Source: a virus
Taxonomy: Duplodnaviria > Heunggongvirae > Uroviricota > Caudoviricetes
Length of the DNA stretch: 46,457 nt
Virus record (IMG/VR): IMGVR_UViG_2563366799_000009
Strand: one strand, 5' to 3'
The notes below the pieces were generated by a model. The model saw only the letters and a list, made by a program, of their open reading frames with translations, had not been told where the DNA came from and did not search any database. Below are positions 28,575 through 37,724 of the stretch, piece after piece (position 1 is the stretch's first letter; each line of letters opens with the position of its first letter). The translations under genes and the position numbers were made by a program.

Positions 28575-28876
28575 CACTCACCTTCCTTTTGTAATGCCTC
28601 AACGACCACGCTTGCAGCCGCAGGACGTTCGTGAAGGGGTTTATCACCAACGCCTTTCAGGTAGTCATTAACCATTTTTGTTCGCTTTTCGTCCTCTCTA
28701 CGCCTGCGGTGGGCATCCACGCGACCATTGACATAGGAGGCAAACGAGATAAGCAGACCAGCGGCGCCAAAGAACATGAACACCATATCCTGAGTGGTAA
28801 AACCAATGGCTGACGCCAGAGCTGCTACCCACGCGAAGAACTGCGTGAAAATGTTCCCTGAATCATTCATTTTCAT
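28574..28876 (-). CDS. Holin (two TMDs) with Met1-Lys2-Met3 dual-start motif
   Basis: 100 aa MKMNDSG…, two hydrophobic helices, charged C-terminus; first gene of the lysis cassette. Confidence 0.7.
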   Translation of the reverse strand: MKMNDSGNIFTQFFAWVAALASAIGFTTQDMVFMFFGAAGLLISFASYVNGRVDAHRRRREDEKRTKMVNDYLKGVGDKPLHERPAAASVVVEALQKEGE

Positions 28877-28944
28877 GGTCTCTCACCTCGCTGTGTGCGG
28901 GTGTTATTGAGGTAATAAAAAAGGCCGCTTGAGCGACCTCACGT

Positions 28945-29997
28945 TTATTCCCCTGTTAACGCCCTTATTTCCTCCACCGTCTGGCTAAACCTGTCCTCCT
29001 CGAGTTCAACGCCGATAGCCTGGCGGCCAAGTTCCAGCGCGATTTTCACGGTCGAACCGGACCCCATAAAGAAATCAGCCACCACATCACCAGGCTTACT
29101 GCTGGCGTTGATGATCTGCCGCAACATGTCAGCGGGTTTTTCGCATGGGTGTTTACCTGGGTAAAACTGAACGGGTTTATGTGTCCAGACGTCGGTATAA
29201 GGAACGGATACGGAAACAGAGAAATGCCGCCGAAGCGATTTGTACTCTTCGAGCAGCTCTGAATACTTGCGATTTAACGAATGCCACATAGCCACCAGCT
29301 GGTGGTGTGGTGTTGCCAGTTCGCCGTTCTGGTGCTTTTCGATGGCTACCTGCGTGAAAAGGGACTGAAGATTCCGGTAGTCTGATTCATTCGGTAATTG
29401 CCACTGGCTACCGCTGAACCAGTGAGACACCATGTTCTTCTTTCCAGTCGCATCGGCTATTTGTTTTGAGGTTATGCCAAGCGCTTCACGTGCATCCCGG
29501 AAATAAGAAATTAGGGGAGTCATTACATGCTGCTTCAGCTCGCTTCCCTTCTCAGCGTACCCGTCGCTCTTTGGTTTATACGGCCCCTGGTAATGCTCAG
29601 CGAACAGGATGCGCTCTGTTGCAGGGAAGTAAGAGCGCAGGCTCTCTTTATTACAGCCATTCCAGCGGCCCGACGGTTTAGCCCAGATGATGTGGTTCAG
29701 GACGTTGAACCGCTCACGCATCATGATCTCAATGTCTGCCGCCAGACGGTGACCTGAGAAAAGATAAAGACTGCCGGCAGGTTTAAGCACTCGCCAGAAT
29801 TGTGCGAGGCACATATCAAGCCAGCGAAGATAATCCTCATCCCCTTTCCATTGATTGTCCCAGCCGTTGGGTTTCACTTTGAAGTACGGTGGATCCGTGA
29901 CTATCAGGTCAATGGAGTTATCAGGGAGAGTTGCGATGTATTGCAGGCTATCAGCGTTGACTAACTCAACACTGTTTATAATTACAGTATTTTTCAT
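28945..29997 (-). CDS. DNA methyltransferase (N6A/N4C type, DPPY motif)
   Basis: 350 aa; DLIVTDPPY near the N-terminus and FFMGSGST near the C-terminus. Confidence 0.75.
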   Translation of the reverse strand: MKNTVIINSVELVNADSLQYIATLPDNSIDLIVTDPPYFKVKPNGWDNQWKGDEDYLRWLDMCLAQFWRVLKPAGSLYLFSGHRLAADIEIMMRERFNVLNHIIWAKPSGRWNGCNKESLRSYFPATERILFAEHYQGPYKPKSDGYAEKGSELKQHVMTPLISYFRDAREALGITSKQIADATGKKNMVSHWFSGSQWQLPNESDYRNLQSLFTQVAIEKHQNGELATPHHQLVAMWHSLNRKYSELLEEYKSLRRHFSVSVSVPYTDVWTHKPVQFYPGKHPCEKPADMLRQIINASSKPGDVVADFFMGSGSTVKIALELGRQAIGVELEEDRFSQTVEEIRALTGE

Positions 29998-30210
29998 AGA
30001 TCAGTAAGCGTAACTCTGATAGGCTCACTATGCTTTTGCGCTAAAGCGGTGGGCCTTGGTTAGCTTGTGACCTGAAAGCATGAGCTGATGGCTGGTGGGT
30101 GCTCCAACATCCACCAGCCGCCCATTTTCACAGCAGAAAGCCTCCGGATCTGGAGGCGCTCAATTATCCGAATGGAAAATCCGACATCCCGAGAAGACCG
30201 GGAGATAGCC

Positions 30211-30238
30211 ATAAAAAAAACCGCTCAGTGGCGGGTTT
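30211..30238 (-). terminator. tR'-like terminator hairpin followed by T8, downstream of the Q-like gene
   Basis: CCGC-CACTGA-GCGG then TTTTTTTT; lies between the Q-like gene and the late genes. Confidence 0.45.
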
Positions 30239-30330
30239 ATATACTTTTGGCAACATATCAAATTAGCTTCAAATATCGCTTATTTTGTTGCATTTTGCAA
30301 GCCTGATTGAAGACGTTAGTGAAATTTACT

Positions 30331-31023
30331 TCACATTTCTACCACTTTAACTTCTTCGTACTCTTCGTACCGCGCCAGGCTTTCACGTAACGCCAGGCTG
30401 TCCATTTCCACGAAAGCTGCTTTAAATGCTGCCCAGTGAGCAGCGTATACCCTGAGCCAGGTTGAACGCTCCACGCTCACCATGCGGGCCAGTGCCGCCC
30501 CCGCATATTCCTGGTACGTATCGTTATTGCGTGATGCTGCAACTTCCTGGGCCGCGAGCCAGACAAGCCCCACTAATTTTTTTGTGACTCTGTCCTGGAG
30601 CTTCTTACTCCCCTGCTGATGCTGAAACTGTGCCCAAACGTACTGGCACATTAATGTCTGGTACCGGAAAGACAGATCATATCCATAGCAATACCGAACC
30701 CACGCCTGCAGATGCTCTCCAAGGCCATTTACCGAGCGGCGCCACGCAGAACTCGCAAACTCGGCATCCTTCATAGGGGGTAATGGGCGTCGACGGCTTC
30801 TTGTCTCCAGAACATAAAGCGGAGTGGCCAGAGTTTTTACAACCTTCGATCCACAACCTTCCCCACCCTCCATGACGATTTCTGGATGGTGCCGGGGATA
30901 CTTATTTTTATCTGCTGGTGGATGCTCACTGAACGCCTGTAGCTGTCCCTTCGTCGATCCTGAGAAATCGGCCAGCGCGCGGCGCAATTCAATACGGGTA
31001 TATTCGAGTTCTTGTAAATTCAT
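30331..31023 (-). CDS. Putative late-gene antiterminator (Q-like)
   Basis: 230 aa from ATG at 31023; assignment is mainly positional (immediately upstream of terminator plus late genes). Confidence 0.4.
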   Translation of the reverse strand: MNLQELEYTRIELRRALADFSGSTKGQLQAFSEHPPADKNKYPRHHPEIVMEGGEGCGSKVVKTLATPLYVLETRSRRRPLPPMKDAEFASSAWRRSVNGLGEHLQAWVRYCYGYDLSFRYQTLMCQYVWAQFQHQQGSKKLQDRVTKKLVGLVWLAAQEVAASRNNDTYQEYAGAALARMVSVERSTWLRVYAAHWAAFKAAFVEMDSLALRESLARYEEYEEVKVVEM

Positions 31024-31044
31024 AATGCTCAGCGCTCCATACAA

Positions 31045-32106
31045 TTACGCTTTCGTTATTACGCCGATCGCCAGCGCACGATTCATAAACCGGAACAGCA
31101 GCTCCAGCTGAGTACCGTGTTTTTTCTCAAACGCTGCTAAATCGGCATGTAGTTTGTCGTGACACTCTCTGCACAGAGGGAACACGAACAAATCGTGGGC
31201 TTTAGTGGCGGTACCGCCCATGCCGTGACCAATGACATGGTGTGGATCATCCGCTGGCCGCCGGCAAGCTTCACAGGGCTGGGTTTTAACCCACCGGGTA
31301 TAGTCTTCATTCACCCACCTGCGGTGTTTTGGGCGCAACATGAATGATTCAGGGGATTCAGGATCCGCATGCAGAGCCAGAACCTTTGGCTGGTCATAGG
31401 CCACATCCTGATTTGCTCCATGCTTTAATTTCGCAGCCGTGACCGCAGGGGTGACCTTCTTCTGCAAAATGCTTTTTGCGGGGGGCATCGGCACAATGTC
31501 ACTTTCTCGATATACGGATAAAAACGGCTCATCCGGTAATCGAAGCGCAAGCTGGGCCATCCTTTCCGTGACTGCATCAGCAATGCCTGAATAAACAGCC
31601 CACCAGCACAATTCACCGAGGGATAGTTCACGCTCGTTGTTGTAGCCAAGCGAAGACAGGATGGAACTGATCAGCCAGTTAATGAGATTACGCCGGGCCA
31701 GTTCTGCCAGCGCCGCGGTGGTTTGATCGCGCAGCTGGTTATCGCAATGCCAACAGAGCAACATTGATCCAGGGGGATGTCGCATCGTTACCAGCTCATG
31801 ATGGTGATAATCAGTATGCGGGTACTGGCATTCCTTCACGTTACGCTCTAACCAGGATTCCAACGCGTTCAAACCACCTGCTGCACGGATAACTCTCTCA
31901 TCTGTGAAGAATCCCTCGAGGGACTCATCTTCTGCCAGCGGCTGCCTGGCATCAGGGACGAGCCCCGACGGAAGTCCAGCCATGCTTTTTGGCTGAGGCT
32001 CCACCAGCACACGCCCCTGTTGAAACAGAGACATCAGTTCGCTACCCGGCTTTAACACCACAAGCCCCAGGCGCGGAACAGTCTCGGCTGTAAACAGTCC
32101 TCTCAC
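31045..32106 (-). CDS. DUF968 domain protein
   Basis: 353 aa; C-terminal Cys/His cluster CEACRRP…HHVIGHG…CRECHDKLH. Confidence 0.55.
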   Translation of the reverse strand: MRGLFTAETVPRLGLVVLKPGSELMSLFQQGRVLVEPQPKSMAGLPSGLVPDARQPLAEDESLEGFFTDERVIRAAGGLNALESWLERNVKECQYPHTDYHHHELVTMRHPPGSMLLCWHCDNQLRDQTTAALAELARRNLINWLISSILSSLGYNNERELSLGELCWWAVYSGIADAVTERMAQLALRLPDEPFLSVYRESDIVPMPPAKSILQKKVTPAVTAAKLKHGANQDVAYDQPKVLALHADPESPESFMLRPKHRRWVNEDYTRWVKTQPCEACRRPADDPHHVIGHGMGGTATKAHDLFVFPLCRECHDKLHADLAAFEKKHGTQLELLFRFMNRALAIGVITKA

Positions 32107-32795
32107 GCGGCATGCCCCTTAGCGATGTGTGCCGTCCACAGGCCGCCGATCCACTCGATGCCTTTGGGTGTAAAACGTGCCTGGCTAAAGGCGTAGTTTG
32201 TTTCACTCGTGGTGCCAGTTTTCACTTCAAACCGCCCGGCAGCAATGTGCTGGTGCCGCGGTGTCAGCACTCCACTGAGCCGGTACAAAATGCCGCTCTC
32301 AATGAGGAACAAGCGGAAATCGGTCTCTTTGGCCTGCAACAGCTTTGCCACCTGGCGGAAAGACATTGAACCTTTAGCAGTACAATACCGATCGACAAAC
32401 TCAACTTTCGGCGCGGCAGCGGCTAACTGCTGGGCCAGTTGTTCTTTCTGCTCGGCCAGATCCGCGGCGAGACGTAATGCCTCCGGCAATGTTTGCGGGA
32501 CACTTACGGCCTGACTGTTCTCCAGCTCTTGCCAGCGATCGACAACAGCGGCGGTAAATTCTGGCGACAGCCTGGCGACGATCACCAGAGAATCACGTTT
32601 GTTGAACCAATACTCCTCGTAGGTTTGCCCGTTTTGCGGGTGTGTGTAGGGGGTGTGCGCCAACGGCGCGGTTAAAATACCAGCAGATGCAAGGCGCTCA
32701 GCCGAGCGCTTCACATCACCATGTTTGCTCTGTACCAGCCTGGCAATTTCACGGCTGGACATTGTCACAACACCCTTTGCGGTTAACTGATTCAT
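32103..32795 (-). CDS. Phage antirepressor / regulatory protein (Rha N-terminal, KilA-C/AntA-like C-terminal)
   Basis: 230 aa; N-terminal SSREIARLVQSKHGDVKR pattern. Confidence 0.55.
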   Translation of the reverse strand: MNQLTAKGVVTMSSREIARLVQSKHGDVKRSAERLASAGILTAPLAHTPYTHPQNGQTYEEYWFNKRDSLVIVARLSPEFTAAVVDRWQELENSQAVSVPQTLPEALRLAADLAEQKEQLAQQLAAAAPKVEFVDRYCTAKGSMSFRQVAKLLQAKETDFRLFLIESGILYRLSGVLTPRHQHIAAGRFEVKTGTTSETNYAFSQARFTPKGIEWIGGLWTAHIAKGHAA

Positions 32796-32809
32796 GCTAT
32801 TTCTCCATA

Positions 32810-33196
32810 TCAGGCGGCTGCACCCGCCGGTTCGTAAATGCTGATCGTTATTTCAACCTTTCCTTTCGGCACCACTGGCCCCCACTCCACCAGCATGCGC
32901 TTTACCTGGCTGTCGTCCTCCCACACGCCAGCATGTGTCAGCGCGTCAAACAGCGCGTTGTTGTAATTGTCCAGATCCCGACGGCGCATATCCGGAGGGA
33001 ACAGGGTGATTTCTACCGCGGCTGGTGCGGTAGTTGGTTTCGGTAAACGGCGCAGCTGCTCAATGATTGCGGCGCATGCGGCACTTTGATATTTGCGGCC
33101 TTCAGCACTGATTAAGTGGCGACCGGCCAGCGGCCCCTTATTAGGGGCTCGCCAGTAGGTGTTCACACTCGGAGGGAAAGGAAGCACCAGTTTCAC
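32810..33196 (-). CDS. rusA: RusA Holliday junction resolvase
   Basis: 128 aa; PPSVNTYWR…RRRDLDNY…FDALT…W.DD motifs match RusA. Confidence 0.8.
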   Translation of the reverse strand: MKLVLPFPPSVNTYWRAPNKGPLAGRHLISAEGRKYQSAACAAIIEQLRRLPKPTTAPAAVEITLFPPDMRRRDLDNYNNALFDALTHAGVWEDDSQVKRMLVEWGPVVPKGKVEITISIYEPAGAAA

Positions 33197-35127
33197 GCCA
33201 CCTCCTGCTGGTTGTCAGAACAGAACTCAGGAAGATTTGCCTCAACCAGCGCACGAGCGAACGGCGGCGGTACTGCGTTACCACAGCGCGCTACCTGCTT
33301 GTCTTTGGCGTAACGATTGCCGCGATAGTCCTGATCGATAACGTAGCCGTCAGGGAAGCCCTGCGCCTTATAAAGCTCATGCGGTTGCAGCATGCGCATT
33401 CCGATATCGACGATCTGGTACTTAACCCCCTCGATCGTCACCAGCCATTCATCCTCGCTATCACCGCAGTAGGTTTCGAGGAATGTCCGGACCTCGCCAA
33501 CGTGCTGGCCACCAGCGGTAATAGTCGGCATAGGTGTATCCATGGTCTGACCGTCGCGGCAGGTTCCGCGTAGCTTCACCAGGTGCGACGCAACTACCGC
33601 GTGGTGATCAACAGTAGTGACTGAGTGGGCAGGCTCATCCATACCAACACCCGGCCCCGTGTAATTCCCACCATAGTGCTTCGCCAGGAACGCGCTCACC
33701 GTTGCAAACTTATTACCACCAGCAGTGACCGTGCCGAGCGGGTTATTCAGTTGAATAACACGCGGTTCTTGCCCTGGGCGTTCGCCGTACCCCATCTGGA
33801 TCAGTGTTGGAGTTACCAGCTGCGACTTACCGCCACCACCAGCAGTAATCGTCGCGCTCGGTTCGTCAGCCCTGTGCCCAACACTGGCGCCAAACTGGCG
33901 GGCGATGACCGGAGCAACAACGCACGCGCGGGACTGCTTGAGGATTGTATGAGCGGGTTTATCCAGCGGGCGCGGCTTTGCCTGGTACTCACTGCCGCCA
34001 TTGCCAGCCAGGAACGGTGTCAGGGCGGCCTCAACTACGCCAAGCGCATGCCCATTCCCGCCTGGGCGCGCCGACGTACCAGCGGTGACAGTTGGAACCG
34101 GCTCGGTCACTGGCTGCCCGGTGGCCCCGGTGCGGAATTTAGTAAGATGCGGTACCGCCAGCGCGTAGCCATGCTTTTTAGTGATGGTCTGCAATGGCTC
34201 TAACAACGATTGCCCGCGGAAACAGTCATAACCTCCTTTCGTCGTGGTGTGGTTACACTTCACGATGAAAGGTGATGCACTTTCGATAACAAAGCGCTGG
34301 ATGCCGCGCGCGATACGTTTGAGCGTATTTTCCGCCAGCGGCTTTTTGCGGTCGAAGATGGAACGGGCCGGGATGTTCCAGTCAATGCACTCCGCCGCGG
34401 TACGCCATGGCGCCAGCTTGCCGCTTTGTACTTCCAGTGATTTTGGATCCCCATGAGTCGCTTCAGGCCAATGAATCTTGCGGCCGTCACAACGCATGAC
34501 CATGAAGAAACGCTTTCTGATCGTCGGCGCGCCGTAGTCACAAGCGCGCAGCTCACGATAATCGACCTCATAGCCAAGCCCGGCGATCAGCTGTTGCGCC
34601 TGCTGGCCGTGCGGCTCAATGGCAAGAAATTCACAAACCTCAGCCAGTGCTGGGTGATTCGCCGCGATACCAGTCGACAGCATGCCGACAAATGCCTCAA
34701 ATGTTTCACCAGCACGCTCAGGATCCGGGCGTAATTCTTCATCCAGCAGCGGGCCCCATGTCTTAAATTCTTCGACGTTCTCCAGCATCATGACGCGGGG
34801 ACATACTGACAGCGCCCAGCGCAGGACAATCCACGCCAGCCCGCGAATCTCTTTCTTAACCGGCTTAGCGCCCTTCGCTTTGGAAAAGTGGCGGCAGTCA
34901 GGGCTAAACCAGGCCAGACCGACAGGTTTACCGCTGGTGGCTGCACTTGGGTCAACGTCAAACACCGACTCGCAATAATGCAGCGTGTCCGGGTGATTCG
35001 TCTTATGCATCGCAATAGCGTTTTCGTCGTGGTTGATAGCGATATCCACGCTACGCCCGATCGCCAGTTCAATGCCGGTACTCGCGCCACCACCACCAGC
35101 AAAGTTATCAACGATAATTTCACGCAT
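33193..35127 (-). CDS. DNA (cytosine-5)-methyltransferase with four repeated TxTAGG modules (possibly multispecific)
   Basis: Start at ATG 35127 (MREIIVDNFAGGGG, motif I), SPDCRHFS, ENV; TVTAG/TITAGG/TVTAGG/TITAGG repeats in the variable region. Confidence 0.75.
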   Translation of the reverse strand: MREIIVDNFAGGGGASTGIELAIGRSVDIAINHDENAIAMHKTNHPDTLHYCESVFDVDPSAATSGKPVGLAWFSPDCRHFSKAKGAKPVKKEIRGLAWIVLRWALSVCPRVMMLENVEEFKTWGPLLDEELRPDPERAGETFEAFVGMLSTGIAANHPALAEVCEFLAIEPHGQQAQQLIAGLGYEVDYRELRACDYGAPTIRKRFFMVMRCDGRKIHWPEATHGDPKSLEVQSGKLAPWRTAAECIDWNIPARSIFDRKKPLAENTLKRIARGIQRFVIESASPFIVKCNHTTTKGGYDCFRGQSLLEPLQTITKKHGYALAVPHLTKFRTGATGQPVTEPVPTVTAGTSARPGGNGHALGVVEAALTPFLAGNGGSEYQAKPRPLDKPAHTILKQSRACVVAPVIARQFGASVGHRADEPSATITAGGGGKSQLVTPTLIQMGYGERPGQEPRVIQLNNPLGTVTAGGNKFATVSAFLAKHYGGNYTGPGVGMDEPAHSVTTVDHHAVVASHLVKLRGTCRDGQTMDTPMPTITAGGQHVGEVRTFLETYCGDSEDEWLVTIEGVKYQIVDIGMRMLQPHELYKAQGFPDGYVIDQDYRGNRYAKDKQVARCGNAVPPPFARALVEANLPEFCSDNQQEVA

Positions 35128-36454
35128 TGACGGCCCCCTGCATGCTGTTGAAGAGACCACCAGCGGTCGTGATAATTTCACTCGTCGGCATACGTTCGAG
35201 CCACAGCTGGTTGATATTGGCTTTCAGCTTGTTCTGTTGTGAAACAGGTAGAGCGTCAGCACCTTCAATCTGGTTAAACACCAGGCCAACCTCAAGAGGC
35301 CAAACGCGCGATTCGTTTAACGCCTTGTCCTTTGATTCCTGCGTCTCACGTACATGAGCGCGGATCCCCCGAATATTTGACCATTTGGCTTTATCCAGGC
35401 TTTCCATGGTCGCGATGAATTCACTGTAGTTGATGCCGTATTCTTTCGCAGATTCAACGGCAACCGTGCGAAGCCGCTCTGACATGTCTTGTTTCACGTC
35501 ATCGCTATCAAAGGGCAATGTTTCCAGCCATGCATTAACACCCACCAGGATGCTCTCGCTGATCAGCTTTTTCGCTCTATCGATCGTCAGCGGTGAAACA
35601 TTGGTAAATTCAGGGTTTTCCAGAGAGTCGGCAGCCCAGGTATGACCAAACTTTGACTCGCTGAAGGTGTACTCATCTTTCTCGCCGAACGCCGCGACAA
35701 CACAGGCCCAAGCTTCTACACCACTGGTTTCCAGAATGGCTTTTTGGGTTAATGGCAGTTCTGCCTCTGATTTCTCCGGCACTACCTCAGCGTCCAGCTC
35801 CGGCGCCGCATCAGTTTGCGTTCTTCCCACGGCAAACTGGGCCAGCGACATCGAAGCACGGCCTTTGGCCTCCAGGTCGGTGCGGTTGATGTAACTGAAA
35901 CGTTCACCCCGCCATGTTTTGTCGAAGACCACGATAGCGCCAGCAAAAAATGCGCTGGTTGGCTGCTGCTTTTCGTCTTTCGGCACGAACCATGTAGGAA
36001 GATCGAAACCAATTCGGCCACGGATGAATGTGACGTGATCTGCTTCTTCCGGCCACCACGTCTCACTCGTCGCAGACTTAATGAGAAAAACGTACCGCCC
36101 CCCCTTTTCTCGCATTGCCATAGCGTGGTTAATGATGTGGGTCATTCCGGTAATGGCCTGCTTGTCGTGATACTGAGAGCGGCTGTAAGGCGGGTTGCCA
36201 AACCCGGCACCACCGAGTTCTGCCAGACGCTCAGACCAATCCTGTGTCAGGGCATTATCTTCAGCCGTGTACCATGCTGGGCACTTCGCGTTGCTGTCGT
36301 CGGCAAAAAGGTCCAACACCAGAGGGCCGAACATCGCATTGATACCCCAAAACAACAGATCCGGAGTGCGCCATTGATCGCCGACCTCTTTCAACTCGTG
36401 GGCTGGTCTTGAACGCAGTTCAACCAGCGCGCGGCAGTATTTGCTTTCAATCAT
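35120..36454 (-). CDS. Phage Dam-like N6-adenine DNA methyltransferase (NPPY motif) with C-terminal extension
   Basis: 444 aa; WRTPDLLFW…FGNPPYS…; C-terminal ~200 aa of unknown function. Confidence 0.7.
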   Translation of the reverse strand: MIESKYCRALVELRSRPAHELKEVGDQWRTPDLLFWGINAMFGPLVLDLFADDSNAKCPAWYTAEDNALTQDWSERLAELGGAGFGNPPYSRSQYHDKQAITGMTHIINHAMAMREKGGRYVFLIKSATSETWWPEEADHVTFIRGRIGFDLPTWFVPKDEKQQPTSAFFAGAIVVFDKTWRGERFSYINRTDLEAKGRASMSLAQFAVGRTQTDAAPELDAEVVPEKSEAELPLTQKAILETSGVEAWACVVAAFGEKDEYTFSESKFGHTWAADSLENPEFTNVSPLTIDRAKKLISESILVGVNAWLETLPFDSDDVKQDMSERLRTVAVESAKEYGINYSEFIATMESLDKAKWSNIRGIRAHVRETQESKDKALNESRVWPLEVGLVFNQIEGADALPVSQQNKLKANINQLWLERMPTSEIITTAGGLFNSMQGAVNA

Positions 36455-37383
36455 CCTCTGAACCCCTCTGGAATTTTGGTATCTACCGGGCCGAACTTCA
36501 TCGGGTCATGTTTCTTCTCGCCCCAGCTTTCACGCGGGGGACGGCCTTTTTTATCCCAGCGGATCCCGCTTTGCAGATAACCCTCAAATTTTTTCGGCCC
36601 AAAGAGAGTTTCAGGCCGCATGTACTGATACTGCGCATCGTTGCCGTTCCAGTGTTCATGCTTGAGGTCAATCACCAGCGTCAAGTCGCTGACGGTATAA
36701 CCTTCACGCAGACGCGCACGTATGTTTTCCAAAGAGGTTTTAGATTTCTGGTACCGGGAGCCGCTAACCTGGTTCAAATGAGTTAAAACCAGGATGGCGT
36801 TATCAGTGATCAACACTTCAGGGTCTGGTTGCGGCGCAACCGGACAAGAGGGGTTAATGATCTGTTTGTGATGATCTGAGTAATGATCTGTATAGAGAAT
36901 AGGTTCCGCGACTTCGCGGTTAGGGTTCTGCGGTTCTGCGTTTTCGGTTCCGTGATTTTGCGGAATAGGTTCCGCGACTTCGCATTTCCCGTTCCGCGAT
37001 TCTGCGGAATCCAGTGTTACAGGGAATAAAACGTTAATTAGCGCTTCGCCGTTAATGCGGTAATGCGTTTTTTTTGTACCATTTACCTGGCGCTGGGTCT
37101 TTTGAACTACGTCAGGAAGCCAACGAGTGCAAATCTTGTTTACCAGGCGCTGTACCTGATCTTCACTTACCCCTCGAATCTCAGCGGCAAGCTCACTGTG
37201 TTCTTTGTAGAACCAGCCATCATTCAAGTCGGATTTACCCGACCAGAACACAAGTTGGTTTAGAACAGCACCTAAGGCATGCGCCTGCTGGTCACCTGAG
37301 AAAAAATCGAGGTAAGGCACCGGAATGGTGATGCAGTTCCGTTGTCCCGATAGCGATTGAACGATTTCAAATATCTGGCTCAT
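36451..37383 (-). CDS. Replication initiator / replisome organiser (O-like N-domain, DnaT-like conserved phage C-terminus)
   Basis: 310 aa; iterons inside the coding region encode an EVAEPI repeat. Confidence 0.65.
   Translation of the reverse strand: MSQIFEIVQSLSGQRNCITIPVPYLDFFSGDQQAHALGAVLNQLVFWSGKSDLNDGWFYKEHSELAAEIRGVSEDQVQRLVNKICTRWLPDVVQKTQRQVNGTKKTHYRINGEALINVLFPVTLDSAESRNGKCEVAEPIPQNHGTENAEPQNPNREVAEPILYTDHYSDHHKQIINPSCPVAPQPDPEVLITDNAILVLTHLNQVSGSRYQKSKTSLENIRARLREGYTVSDLTLVIDLKHEHWNGNDAQYQYMRPETLFGPKKFEGYLQSGIRWDKKGRPPRESWGEKKHDPMKFGPVDTKIPEGFRG
36855..37015. repeat. Candidate origin: iterons AATAGGTTCCGCGACTTCGC x2 with related half-repeats, flanked by TGATCTG x3 (three GATC sites)
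   Basis: Identical 20-mers at 36898 and 36964 (66-bp period); GGTTCTGCG x2; TTCCGYGATTYTGCGGAAT x2. Confidence 0.55.
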
Positions 37384-37552
37384 GTTCGTTCGTTATCTCC
37401 CTGAATTTCTGCCTGAATAACTCAAGCGGGCTGAAGCATTCGTGCTCATACCCTGCTCGCAGGTAGATAACACGCCGCGTTTCAGGCTCCCACCGGATAA
37501 CCCGAACGGGGATACCTCTGTGGTCTTTGAACCTTCGGTTAACTTCGCGCAT
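37367..37552 (-). CDS. Small hypothetical protein (61 aa)
   Basis: ATG with GGAAGG about 11 nt upstream; overlaps the replication gene start; may be spurious. Confidence 0.3.
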   Translation of the reverse strand: MREVNRRFKDHRGIPVRVIRWEPETRRVIYLRAGYEHECFSPLELFRQKFREITNEHEPDI

Positions 37553-37724
37553 AAGCGTTTCGCCTTCCTGTAGTAAACCCCCACAATTGCGACCGCCCGA
37601 CTGTGGTTACATGGCACCCAGCGGTTTGCTATTCTGCGTTCATACCGAAACAACGGAGCGCCCGGTACCGGGATCATCCTGAGTTGCGGTAAACGGTTAA
37701 AAGCCGTTAAACTGGTCATGCGGA

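Noticed and set aside
33625-36412. Plus-strand ORFs 33625..34203 and 35816..36412 antisense to the methyltransferase genes
   Set aside because: Antisense to genes with clear catalytic motifs; no independent support
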